Source: a cyanobacterium endosymbiont of Rhopalodia gibba
GTDB lineage: Bacteria; Cyanobacteriota; Cyanobacteriia; Cyanobacteriales; Microcystaceae
Assembly: GCA_045159875.1 (NCBI GenBank)
Contig: CP067995.1
Coordinates: 1,888,001-1,952,000, forward strand
Direction: 5' to 3'
DNA: 64,000 bases
Shown: piece by piece, positions 23,319 through 35,205 of the stretch
Position numbering within the stretch: position 1 is the first letter of the stretch
Layout: every line of letters starts with the position of its first letter
The notes under the pieces: generated by a model
Database searches by the model: none
Told to the model about the DNA's origin: nothing
The model's input: only the letters and a program-made list of their open reading frames with translations
Position numbers and translations under genes: made by a program

Positions 23319-25007
23319 ATGTTACAGATTAGAAATGTAGTCCAATTTTCCCTAATAATCCTAGGAATAGTGATGATAACTCCATCTAATTCCCAGGCTT
23401 CACCTGATACATCTAATTCCCCTATTTTATCTTTACCTAAGTTGCCCAAAAACAACTTAAGACTACAACAATTAAGTGATGGTTTCTTAAATAATACTGG
23501 TCCTCGTCAGCAATCACAGTTAACCAGTGTTTCAGAGTTACAAGATCTTTCTCCGACCCAATGGTCCTACGAAGCATTAAGGGGGTTGGTAGAACGCTAT
23601 GGTTGCGTTAGTGGGTATCCTGATGGACTTTTTAAAGGAGGCAGAACCCTATCCCGTGATGAATTTGCTAGCGGAATAAGTTCCTGTTCCGATGAGATAG
23701 AAATTTTATTAAAACAAAATGCAGCGGTTTTACGAGAAGACATAGAAAAAATAAAGCGTCTAGGGCAAGAGTTTGAGGCAGAAACGGGCTCCTTAGGAGC
23801 ACGAACGAATAATTTGGAATCACGTACAGCATATTCTGAAAATCATCAGTTTTCCACTACTACTGTTCTCACTGGTGAGATAATCATGGGGTTAACGGGG
23901 ATCACCAGTGGAGAGAAAAACCAAGGTACTGAAGACATCTTTAAGGTAACTAACCTAGGGTATCGGGGACGACTTAAATTAAATACTACTTTTGATGGAG
24001 ATGACTCGCTCTATATCCGTTTTGCAACAGGTACTACACCGTCTTATCCTGACATTACAGAAACATTTGAAGGGAAATTAAGCTTTTCACAACCTGATGA
24101 GAGTGATTTAGGTATACAACTGATTATCTATGATTTTGCACTCGCAGAAAATGTGCGGATGTTTGTTGAACCAGTCGGGGGTGCTTTTGATGACTTCGTT
24201 CCCACAGTGAACTTCCTTGATGGGGATGCAGCGTTTGGGGCGTTATCTTCATTTGGCACCCGTAACCCCCTTTATTATATGCCCGGGGGGCCAGGTATTG
24301 GTTTCCGAGGGCGGATTTTTGAAGTGTTTGAATGGAGTGGAGGTTATTTAGCCGACAAGGGTGCTAGTCCTCATTTGGGTGCAGGGATGTTCAATGGACC
24401 CTATGGTGTGATGGGACAACTCGCTTATGAACCCAATGACGATTTTAAAGTGGCGTTTACCTATTTGCATGGATATAACAATCTTGATTCAGGAACTGGT
24501 AGTCGTCGTTCTAATTTCCAAAGCTTTATCGAGGAAGAGTTTAAAGACTTTGGAGCCTCCGTTAATACAATTAATAATTCCTATAGAATGGAATTTAGTT
24601 GGCATATGTTTGACCAATTTGTTCTAGGTGCTTGGGGAGGCTTTACGACGACCAGAACCTTAGGGGCAATTGATTTAGGGAAAGATTTAAACCCCATAGG
24701 CAGAGGGAATCTAGATATTTGGAACTGGTCGATGAATTTAGCTTTTCCTGATGCTATTTTTGAAGGAGATACCGCCGGAATTATTATTGGGATGGAACCT
24801 TGGGTTTCTAAGTCTAATCTCGTCTTACCTAACGGGTTAAGAAATAATGACCGCGATAGTTCTTTTCATGTGGAAGCAATTTATGAATATGCGATCAATG
24901 ATAACATTTCAATTACCCCTGGTTTGATTCTCATTACTTCTCCTGATTATGACAACAGTAATAATTCTTTACTTATTGGAACAATTCGCACAACTTTCAC
25001 TTTCTAA
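23319..25007 (+). CDS. Cyanobacterial outer-membrane porin (SLH plus OprB-like beta-barrel)
   Basis: SLH segment WSYEALRGLVERYGC..GYPDG, coiled coil, FSTTT motif and C-terminal RTTFTF. Confidence 0.92.
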   Translation: MLQIRNVVQFSLIILGIVMITPSNSQASPDTSNSPILSLPKLPKNNLRLQQLSDGFLNNTGPRQQSQLTSVSELQDLSPTQWSYEALRGLVERYGCVSGYPDGLFKGGRTLSRDEFASGISSCSDEIEILLKQNAAVLREDIEKIKRLGQEFEAETGSLGARTNNLESRTAYSENHQFSTTTVLTGEIIMGLTGITSGEKNQGTEDIFKVTNLGYRGRLKLNTTFDGDDSLYIRFATGTTPSYPDITETFEGKLSFSQPDESDLGIQLIIYDFALAENVRMFVEPVGGAFDDFVPTVNFLDGDAAFGALSSFGTRNPLYYMPGGPGIGFRGRIFEVFEWSGGYLADKGASPHLGAGMFNGPYGVMGQLAYEPNDDFKVAFTYLHGYNNLDSGTGSRRSNFQSFIEEEFKDFGASVNTINNSYRMEFSWHMFDQFVLGAWGGFTTTRTLGAIDLGKDLNPIGRGNLDIWNWSMNLAFPDAIFEGDTAGIIIGMEPWVSKSNLVLPNGLRNNDRDSSFHVEAIYEYAINDNISITPGLILITSPDYDNSNNSLLIGTIRTTFTF

Positions 25008-25108
25008 TTTTCTAATTTTCTAATCACTGTAGATAACTTCTCCATACATATTTTTCTTCTAAAGAAAGGACTCTGAACAAGTATCAAAACTGAATTTAAT
25101 TGTCATTT

Positions 25109-25154
25109 GATAACAATAATTATACAAGACAGGTTTAGTATAATTATTGTTATC
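25109..25154. repeat. Inverted repeat with 17-bp arms downstream of the porin; possible terminator
   Basis: gataacaataattatac-12 nt-gtataattattgttatc. Confidence 0.8.
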
Positions 25155-26381
25155 CTCATTTTGAGGTCCTTATCATATAAGATAATTTGAGTTTCTGACA
25201 GTTAACATTATTGTCATTGCCAAACTAAGCTCTGTTAAGCTCTGGCAGACTTTCGTTATCCTAAGTTTAGTAGCTCCAGAATGATAGCCGTTTCTATTCT
25301 TTTCTCTTTACCATAGTTTCAATTTTATCTGCTTCTTTATTTAAAATTTTTTTGTTCTTTGTAGTTCTTCTTCTTTAGAAGATGGATAAGTCCTTGTACT
25401 AACTTTTGTGATTTAGTTATTTACAGCTTTTTTACTTACGGATTCTCTCCAAAGCTCATTTTAAACATAATATTTTTATCCTTGTTCTTGTTCTGAAGAA
25501 ATTTTTTTGCACAAGTCAACGTTGATAGTTCTTACTCTTCCAATTCTGTTTGCTGGATACTAAGTAAGCTGGTATCCAGCAAACACTCTCTTTTGATTAT
25601 TTTATTTGTGGTTTTTTTAAAAAAGTTCACCTATTTTAACTTTAAAAAAAGATAATGCAAACGTAGTTTTTCTAGACTTAATATTCTAAATTAACAGCTA
25701 ACAACTTTTAAAACTTTTATTTTTAATAAATTCCGTAATTTTAGAGATCTGATTTATATAAAAATTAAATTTTTTGATTCTTTGATACCTTGCAAAGTAA
25801 CACTTTTTTGTTCACTATGTTTTTCTGATAACTATCAGATAATAATTACATAAGTTTACTTTTGTAAAAAAAACAGTATTTTACAAGTTTCGATAAACTT
25901 TTGATTCAGAGAAAAGATCTCTATCAGTTTTGTTATATTCCCGATAGTCAACCAGAAAAATGAAGAACTCTTTACTTTGAAAGTGTTGTGCTAAACTGAT
26001 ATTATAATTAATGTTTCTAGCATTATCATGTAAATATAAAAGAATGCGATAACTGTTTCAATCAGTGGATATCCAACATATATAGATGTGTTTTTTTATT
26101 ATCTACAATCAATATATTTAACCCAAACTTATGGTAATCTAATCCTAAGTTTTAAGAAAAATAATTTACCTGACGAGAGGTAACAAAAATTAATTGCTTT
26201 TCTTGAATTACTAGCTCTAAATAAGCAACTTTTATTTGGAATAGTTCCAGCTCACTGACTATCTATCCTAAAATAAAATCGACGATACATACCTCAAAAG
26301 TCTTCTTTGAATAATTATTCATAAATTAATAGTTTTAATTGATAATACATGTTTTATCAGCTATCAAAAATTAATTGTTCA

Positions 26382-27830
26382 CTACTTTAACGTTGGTTTT
26401 TGATTATGCCAATCAGTGGCTTGTTCATAAGCGTAACCGACTTGAAATAGTTTCCCCTCTTCTAAAACATTTCCAATCAACTGTAAACCAATTGGCAAGC
26501 CATTTTCGTCGAAACCGCAAGGAATATTCATTCCTGGAAGTCCAGCTAGATTAACAGGAATTGTCGTTAAATCAGACAGATACATACTTAAAGGATCATC
26601 GGTTTTTTCACCTGCTTTAAATGCTGTAGTAGGAGACGTAGGACAAACTAAAACATCAACGGTTTCAAAGGCTTTGTCAAAATCCTGTTTAATTAAAGTA
26701 CGAACTTTTTGCGCTTTTAAATAAAAAGCATCATAGTAACCGGCAGACAACGCATAAGTTCCAATCATAATGCGTCTTTTAACTTCAGGTCCAAAACCTT
26801 TAGCACGAGTTTTAGTGTACATTTCCAAAAGATTTTCTGCTTCTTCTCGAATACCGTATTTAACCGCATCGTAACGGGCTAAATTAGCTGATGCTTCCGA
26901 TGGCGCAATGATATAATAGGCAGGTAACCCGTAGCGGAAATGAGGACAAGAAACTCTCTTAACTTTTGCTCCCAATACTTTTAATTGATCAATAGCGTTA
27001 TTAACGGTTTTAGCAACGACAAGATCTAAACCTTCTTCAAAGGTTTCTTCAATAATGCCAACTGTTAACCCTTTTAAACTTCTTTTAAGAAAGGTAGTAT
27101 AGTCCGGAATAGAAACATTGAGACTGGTAGAGTCTTTAACATCATAACCTGCGATCGCTCCCAATAGAATCGCTGCATCTTCGACACTTCTTGACAACGG
27201 GCCGATTTGATCCAAGGATGATCCATAGGCGATTAACCCAAACCGTGAGACTAGTCCATAAGTCGGTTTTAGTCCGACAACGCCGCAGAAAGAGGCCGGT
27301 TGGCGGATAGATCCTCCTGTATCTGAGCCCAAGGCAACGACGCACTCATCAGCTGCCACTGCCGCTGCAGATCCCCCAGAGGAACCACCTGGAATCCGTT
27401 CGAGATCCCAAGGGTTAGCAGTGACCTGATAGCTGGAATTTTCCGTAGAACTTCCCATGGCAAACTCATCTAAGTTCGTTTTTCCTACTATAACTGCACC
27501 AATTTCCTGTAATTTCCGAGTGACAGTCGATTCGTAGGGAGGAATAAAATTTTCTAATATTCTCGAGGCACAAGTGGTAGGAATACCTGCAGTACAAAGA
27601 TTATCTTTTATACCGATAGGAATGCCCGCTAACAGTCCAATTTCTTCTTTGGCAGCAATTCTTTTATCTACTGCCTTGGCGGTTTCTAAAGCGCAATTTG
27701 CGGTAACACAGAGGAAACTCTTTACCTTTGGTTCTACCATTTTAATGCGTTCTAATACTTCTATAGTAGTTTCGACAGCAGAACGTTCTTTGGTGATTAA
27801 TTGTTTATGTAGTTCGCGGATAGATGTCAT
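26382..27830 (-). CDS. gatA: Asp/Glu-tRNA amidotransferase subunit A
   Basis: [36 protein letters not shown] and [17 protein letters not shown] motifs. Confidence 0.97.
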   Translation of the reverse strand: MTSIRELHKQLITKERSAVETTIEVLERIKMVEPKVKSFLCVTANCALETAKAVDKRIAAKEEIGLLAGIPIGIKDNLCTAGIPTTCASRILENFIPPYESTVTRKLQEIGAVIVGKTNLDEFAMGSSTENSSYQVTANPWDLERIPGGSSGGSAAAVAADECVVALGSDTGGSIRQPASFCGVVGLKPTYGLVSRFGLIAYGSSLDQIGPLSRSVEDAAILLGAIAGYDVKDSTSLNVSIPDYTTFLKRSLKGLTVGIIEETFEEGLDLVVAKTVNNAIDQLKVLGAKVKRVSCPHFRYGLPAYYIIAPSEASANLARYDAVKYGIREEAENLLEMYTKTRAKGFGPEVKRRIMIGTYALSAGYYDAFYLKAQKVRTLIKQDFDKAFETVDVLVCPTSPTTAFKAGEKTDDPLSMYLSDLTTIPVNLAGLPGMNIPCGFDENGLPIGLQLIGNVLEEGKLFQVGYAYEQATDWHNQKPTLK

Positions 27831-29469
27831 AAATATAACCTAATATGTTTTGGATGGGATAACTTAACACTCCAACTCCAACGGGTCAGATAATACTAGC
27901 ATTAAATGCTATCATTTTTTAGGGAATGAGTCACTGAGTAATTGACAACTCAAAAGATGCCTTAATTAATCATAATTCTGGCTTGACAATCAAGTCCGAA
28001 TCTCCTATTCTAATCGAGTTAATTTCATAAAAAATAGTGGTATTAAATTAGATAACTTAGACTACTATCTGAAAAACAAAATTTTCTATGACGGATATAA
28101 TAGTTATTAACGTAAACCTATTTATAATAACTATTGTGAGTAGATTTGTATTTTTTATTGTTATTCTTGATAGTGCTACTATGATTATTTTTTAAAAATT
28201 CTTTTTAAAAAATAATCACGACGTTTTTATAATAGGAGTAGCTAGCCTACGTCTTTTTATTATTTTTGTTTTATTTAAGTTAAAATTCATACAAATCTCC
28301 ATTAGGATAACTATAGTTATTAATAGTTACTTGGCAGCAATTTGATATTCTTGCTATTTTTTTATTCTTTATATATTAGGAACTACCGTAGTAAGTGCCA
28401 ATTCAATGAAAATTCAACCTAACTTATAATCTAGGATGAAATTTATATATTTAAATTTTTATGAACTTCAATTTATTGTTAATATTTTCTACTATAAGAC
28501 CTCATTATTCTATAGCTTTATCAATTAATTGATTTAAGTGGTCCTGATCCTCAGTTTATTTCTTTTAACAAAGAAACTATCTTGAGAAAACTAGTGATGT
28601 TTTATACAGTATATAAATTGAGTTTTTATTTTTTTACTTAAATTTTTTAAATTTTTTTAATTCTTAAGTAAAATATTTAACTTCTGTTTAGAACTAGCTT
28701 TTTAAGCTCTCTATTTTATAATTTTATTTTTTTAAATTATCTTATTGAAGTTTTAGTTATTTTATTAAATTCAACTTATTTATTGCTACTACAGGTTTTA
28801 ATGTTGAATTAATAAACAATATTAATTAATGACATTTATATAAAACTTATAACCATATTTTACCTAAAACTTTAACTATTTTAATGTTTTTTTAGATGTT
28901 CTTATTTATATAAATATTTTACTTACTCGGTTATCTAAATAAACTGACACTACATAACAACTTTTTTGTCTTTTAACTATAGTGATTTCATTAGTTTCTA
29001 ACGATTTTAATTGCTGCTATTTTTTGTGTTTGTGTTGTTTAAACTAAATTTTTAAATATCATTTCTAATCTATTCTTACTTACCTATTTCCTTTAACTCT
29101 TTTTTAAGAGGTACTATTTGAAACTCATTCAAAAATTATTATCTTACATATTTTAGTGCATATTCTTTGTTTAAAAAGTTAGCTTAACTCTTCTATCAGT
29201 TTGCATATATATTGATTAAGTCTCATATAATGATAATTAATATTGAGCTATAAAGCTTTTTCTGCTCAAGGTTAATTTATTATTCTGATGGAGTTTTTCT
29301 ATAATTTTACCCCTAAAAATAAAAATTTATATTTTTTTATTATTTAAAAAATTAGACTATTACTATCTTTTATAAGTTTTCAATAATAGGTAATATTTAG
29401 TTTTTCTCAATTTAGAATCTCATTAATTAGACTACTTTAAGCATTTGATGTAGTTACTATAAAATTAGT

Positions 29470-29511
29470 AAAAATATGTATTTATTTTAATTAAAATAAA
29501 TACATATTTTT
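29470..29511. repeat. Perfect 42-bp palindrome
   Basis: aaaaatatgtatttattttaa|ttaaaataaatacatattttt. Confidence 0.9.
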
Positions 29512-30591
29512 TATTTTTTAATTTCTATAAATAAATTTATAGAAAAATTAACTACTTTAAGAAAAAACCTAGCAATTAATTTTATGGCGTCATAGCGAAT
29601 AAATATTTTTTATTTAATAAATATGTTAGCCTGCTTAACAGGACTTTTTGTAGAGTAGTTTTACCGAAATTACTCTACAAAAAAATTAAATTTTATAAAA
29701 AAAATATTGATAGTTGCATTTAATTTTTTTAAAAATTTAGATTGATTATAAAGTTTTTATAAAAGCTAAATAAGTGATTTTTCTAAGTTACTAAGATTTT
29801 TATAAAGTCATTACTGAAGATAAAAAGACTTTTATTTTTTAAATAATTTAAAACAGTATTAATGGTACTTGATGATAAATTTTTTTAATGTAGAAGTAAT
29901 TTCGATCAATCTTTAATTAATAATCTAAGATTTATACAAATTTAAGCTAAAATATGTGTTTTTAAGTTTTCAAAGAGGGAATATAAAACTATTTATATTA
30001 ACTTTTCTATTGCTATTTTATATTTATTTGAAGCTACTATTTTTAGACATTAAAACTAAATTTTTATCTTGTACAAAATTAATTAAAGCTAATCATTAGT
30101 TATTTGAAAAACTATCAATATCCAATAGACAAATAATTTATCTTAACATATTTTTTAAAGTTATAAGAATTTTAATACTATCTTTTTATGAGAAAGTAAC
30201 AACAGATAAATATCTCTAAAAAGCAATACTTTTATTTAGTTTATTTCAATTATTTGGTTGACTTTTAATATCTTTCGTCAAGTTGTTTTTGACTATAGTC
30301 TATAGGGTTGAGTTGATATAAAAATTAGATCTATAGAATCATTAATTACCAACATTAATTTTGTTTTTGAACAATATTAATGTTGGCATTACATTAATAT
30401 TGTTATCGTTAAGACTTTAGCTAAAAGTTGGACTATTAACCTAATAGGAGCATCAGCCAGTTTTAAAATCGGAGGTTTTACGGTTATCTTCGTGGTAGAA
30501 TAAGTCCTTGAACAACTACCTCTTTTCTCGAATTAGTTCTGCTCCCTAAGTTCTAGATATTGAAATCCTAGATTAATTAATCTTATATTTA

Positions 30592-31986
30592 TTAAGCTAC
30601 TTCTCCCCCTACCATAACCTCTTTAATCCGTAGGCTTGGTCCCCCACAACCAACAGCTAGACCACTTTGTCCTCCCTTACCACAGCCTCCTGATTCATCC
30701 CAATAAAAATCATTCCCGATCGCCTCAATATTATTTAGTGTTTTAAACACATTCCCTGATAAAGTTACATCTCTGACAGGTTCAGCTAGCTTTCCCTGGC
30801 GAATCATCCAAGCTTCCCCTGCACTAAAAGTAAACATCTCCCCATTTGTCATTCCCCCTAACCAATTTTTGGCATAAATCCCCTCTTGAATATCCGTAAA
30901 TAAATCTTCTACTGGAGTTTTTCCTCGTTCGATCCAAGTGTTTGTCATTCGTACTAAAGGAGAATAATGATAGTTTAAACAACGGGCGTTTCCAGTAGGT
31001 CGTTCATTCAATTTTCCGGCAGTTTCCCGCGAATGTAACCGTCCAACCAAAATCCCATTATGAATTAATTGAGTTTTGGTTGCAGGAACTCCTTCATCAT
31101 CATAAAAATAACTGCCTCTGTGACCTTGAGGAGCAGCCCCATCAAAAATTTGTAGAATCTCAGGTCCAAATTGTCTCCCCATACTCATCAACTTTAAAAG
31201 CTCGGGATTGTCGTATAACATATCCGCTTCAGAAAGGTGTCCAAATGCCTCATGAACAAATAAACCTGTAAGAACAGGGTCTATCACAACTGTATAGTTA
31301 TTTCCCTTCACAGGGGGCAAAACTAAAGCATTCAGCGCGCGTTGGGCTGCTCCTTGCATCTGTTGTTCCAAGCCTATCAAATCTTCATACCCCCGACGAG
31401 ACCCTATAGTTTCCCTTCCTGTTTGTAAGGTTTCGCCACTTCTAGCCGTTGCTGAAAACCGCATTTCCAAATCTGCCCAAGACTGTTTAATCAATGTTCC
31501 TTCAGAGGTGGCCAAAAGAATGTTTTGAGTACTGTCCCTATAGCGAACTGAGGTAGTCGCAATTTGGTTACTCAAACTGCAGAGGATAGCGTTATAATGA
31601 TCACACAGGGCTTTTTTTTGTGCTAAGGGAACCTGGCGAGGATCAGTTCCGGTCAAGGGCAACTGACAGTCGATCTGGACGGGTTCAATGGGAGCTAATC
31701 GAGTTTCCTCATCCCCCACCAAACGTGCTGCTGCAACCACCTCTTCCACTCGCTGGTTTAGAGTTGATAATTCATTGAAGGTGGCAAAACCCCATCCTCC
31801 TCTGTAACAGGCTCTGACTTGACCTCCACTAGCAATACCTTCACTCAGAGTGTCTATTTTATTCCCTCGCAATATAATATTTGTCTCTTCAGAGTATTCG
31901 ACCCGAATTGCTAAAAAATCTACGCGATCGCGGTAACGGTGGATGATTTCTGTTAATCGATTTTTGTAGGTAGTAATCTCAGTCAT
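30592..31986 (-). CDS. tldD: TldD/PmbA family metalloprotease (TldD-like)
   Basis: HEAFGHLSEAD, YDDEG, RMTNT and C-terminal GCGKGGQ motifs. Confidence 0.88.
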   Translation of the reverse strand: MTEITTYKNRLTEIIHRYRDRVDFLAIRVEYSEETNIILRGNKIDTLSEGIASGGQVRACYRGGWGFATFNELSTLNQRVEEVVAAARLVGDEETRLAPIEPVQIDCQLPLTGTDPRQVPLAQKKALCDHYNAILCSLSNQIATTSVRYRDSTQNILLATSEGTLIKQSWADLEMRFSATARSGETLQTGRETIGSRRGYEDLIGLEQQMQGAAQRALNALVLPPVKGNNYTVVIDPVLTGLFVHEAFGHLSEADMLYDNPELLKLMSMGRQFGPEILQIFDGAAPQGHRGSYFYDDEGVPATKTQLIHNGILVGRLHSRETAGKLNERPTGNARCLNYHYSPLVRMTNTWIERGKTPVEDLFTDIQEGIYAKNWLGGMTNGEMFTFSAGEAWMIRQGKLAEPVRDVTLSGNVFKTLNNIEAIGNDFYWDESGGCGKGGQSGLAVGCGGPSLRIKEVMVGGEVA

Positions 31987-33039
31987 AGAGGCAGCCGTAG
32001 CTAATTTTAACTTGCATTTCTTTTAGTTTAAAGGACAGATGGAAAGTGGAAGACGCGAAGAGAAATAACCATTTTTTAGAAAAAGGTTATTTCGTAATTT
32101 TTGGATATTTGCAAGAGAAATGACTTACCCTTTTGATGTTAATTATACTCTTCATTATGGGGATATTATGACAAGTCGTTAATCTATATAATTGCTCTCT
32201 TAGCCTCCAGTATAAGATTTTCACTAAAAAACAAATCTAGTTATTAGCTACTATTGTCATAACCCTACTTTTTTTTATAAGCATTAACTTCTAAGTATAG
32301 CCCTTTTTTGCGTTAGCACTTGGAGATTAGGACTAGCTTTTGGACAACTTTATCATTTCTGTATACTTGATGAGTTTAGATATTATTTGTATAATAAATT
32401 GGGGCTAATTAGTAGTCTGTCAATACACAAGATATTGAGAAAAAATAAATTGCTATTACTTGTAATGATAAAAAAAATATCTTGTGTCAACAAATAATAA
32501 ACTTTGCTTGTTTCTACTTTATTAAAATAATTTAACAAATCTCCTTTGAAAATGTATCATGTATTTTTTATTGTCATAGATTCATCCTAACTGGAGTTTT
32601 CTTTGTTTTCTTGTGTTAGGCAATATTTGATTTGTCAAATTCTTGATCAGCTACTGTCAATCCATTTTTTTACTATGGAATAGATAGATAAGAAAGTAGA
32701 TCTTATCGTAAATTTTAGCTTAAATCTGAATGTGAAGTTAGTTGTTCTATGTAAATACTCATTATTTTTAACTCAGTAGCAATAGTTTATGGAATAAATA
32801 GAGATATTTACTCTGCCAAAATACTGCTTTTATCTCATCTTTTTACTATTTAATAAGTCAAAAAAAATTCAGTTAGAATATTACTGTAATTTTTTATTTA
32901 GTTGTCCAAAATAAGTTTGCAGTAACTTAATACTAAAAATATTTAATGTAAAGATAATTATTATGATAACTTTAGTCCTATAATCATTTTTCTAAAATTT
33001 TATAATTGATTGGCTCTTATGCTAACTTAGCTTGACGAA

Positions 33040-33810
33040 AAGAATGTAATTAACACCAGTTAGTCCAGTAGGAGTTATGCCTTAAGGCATAACGGATTAA
33101 TATTAATTTCTAGAAGAAGATAACAATGCTCTTATACAAGAACTAAGTACTAGCTTATACAAAAAATAAGCGTTAAAGTCAATGTACTTATTATACATTG
33201 TTTAGTCCAAAAACTTAAGTTAGCATCGAGAAGATTCTTAATTCCTCGAAAGCTTACATAAATAGGGTAGGGGTCAAACTCAAAGAAGGGAATCTTTGAC
33301 TACACTTGTACAACTTAAATTTTTAGACCTAGTTTTGAATAACAAAATTGGAGTTTATCTAGCTATGACTCGTCACTGCACCAGAGCAACCAAAGGAAAA
33401 CAAGCTTACGGGAAAGTCCCAATAGTTGAGGAAAATACTACCTACGTTAATTAACGTAGGTAGTATTTTTATTTTTTGATTTTTTTATACTCTTTAAAGA
33501 TGAATAAGTAAGGAAGTTTTTCTTACTTATGTTACATAAGTACTTATATTATAATTCTGGATAGACATCTATCTAATTAGAGATAATTTATTAGTTAGTA
33601 AAAAAATAAAAAATAATAAAATATATAGAGTTAAAATTTGTATTTTTATATCCTAACTTAAACCCTATTAAAAATTTTTACTTAAAAATTAAAAAATATT
33701 TGTGAAGCCAAGAATCTCAGAATTCTAAAGGACTCAATCAAGCTATCTATTTAGCAACTATCGACATTTTGTTATAGTGCTCAGAAAGTCTACTTGATTA
33801 CAAACATGGT
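33040..33810 (+). mobile_element. Degenerate IS630-family transposase remnant
   Basis: GVYLAMTRHCTRATKGKQAYGK, FLTYVT*VLI..W....IRDNL and YPNLNPIKNF..KIKKYL; same family as 1780-2520. Boundaries approximate. Confidence 0.75.
33432..33469. repeat. Perfect 38-bp palindrome inside the IS630 remnant
   Basis: aaaatactacctacgttaa|ttaacgtaggtagtatttt. Confidence 0.95.
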
Positions 33811-35205
33811 CATAGAAAACCTTTAAAGCACTCAGTTTAATCAATTCCACCATAAGTTTATTAATGTAATTCTGCCTTGACTTTCAGTTTACTGCTGATC
33901 GTTCAGACCCTCCAGGCTTCTTATTTTTGATAATCCTAAGTTTTTGTCCGCAAAATTAGCATGACTTTAATCATCAAAGGTATTTCATTGCATCCACTTG
34001 TTTTATCAACTCATTCCAAAACTAATAAACTTGTTTAAAATCAGTATCATCGCTCATTTTTTCTTAATAAATCCGATTAGAATAGGGAACTAATTTTAAT
34101 GCTACTTCCGAGATATCTGAGATATTTGAATTATCCTCTCTAGCCTCTATCGCCACTGTTTTGATAATTTATTGATACTTTTTTGGTAACCCACCCCAAA
34201 CAGTTTCATTAATTTAAATTCCTAAAACTGTGTTTGGTTGCCACTATACTGGGATAGTAATAATAAAAGTCAACTTTAATTTGAACCTAGTTTTTCATCC
34301 TTAATCAGGGCATATCCATTCTACTGTATTAATCGCCTCTGCATTTAGGGCTAGAAAAATTCTTCCCGGTAAAACTTAAACATCAACCTCAAAACTGGAA
34401 ATTATCTCACTTCCAAACCAGAAATATGTATTTTTGACTCTTTGAGATCTCTTACAAGCTTAACTTCTATTTTAAATTATCCCTCCATTTTTGTGTATTT
34501 GTGCCCCGTATTGCCAGTCAGGAAATTAATCACATTAAAATCAGCACAAAGCCTATGCATAACTTCGAGTCCACTTCTGTGATACAGCCAAAAACTGTAT
34601 TGTTAATAACTTAACTCGAAAGGCATAGACTTCCCAAACCCTAAAACTAGATTGCTGCCTATATAACAATGACTTGCTGTGTATCTAGATTCAAAGGTAT
34701 TTTGTTGTACCACATAGAGAACCTATAACCTTAGTACAATTCCTTTCCTTGCATAGGCAATAATAGTAAACTTTTCTTTCGTCGATATCCAGAACTTGAT
34801 TGCAAACTGTTTGCACTCCCCAAAAGTGTATAGAGGAACTTAGTCCAACTAGTGGCCACTTCCACCAAAAATAGGGTAAGCTATTTCTTGTTACTTCTTT
34901 TGAGTTAGATCGAGCATTACAAGAGTTAAAAATCCTAGTAGTGGCAGCTATTCGACATTACTAAATAAAAGAAAAGAGCGGCGGTTCGTTTATATATGGA
35001 TAAATTATTAATGGTTTTCTTACTAAATTAGTATTCAATAAGAGTCATCGACTATGTCAAAGTTTATATTAATTTATAAGTCTCCTAATCAAATTAAATG
35101 AAAGGTTGGTATTGTCTAGCAACAGGCTTTTGTTCGTTAACTTATCCTGAAATTTCTGTTAAAATGGACTGAACATATAACTTAACTTTTGTTAAAAACA
35201 TTATT

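Noticed and set aside
30465..30495. aaaatcggaggttttacggttatcttc, reminiscent of cyanobacterial IS200/IS605-type ends
   Set aside because: Too short and single-copy in this window to support a call.
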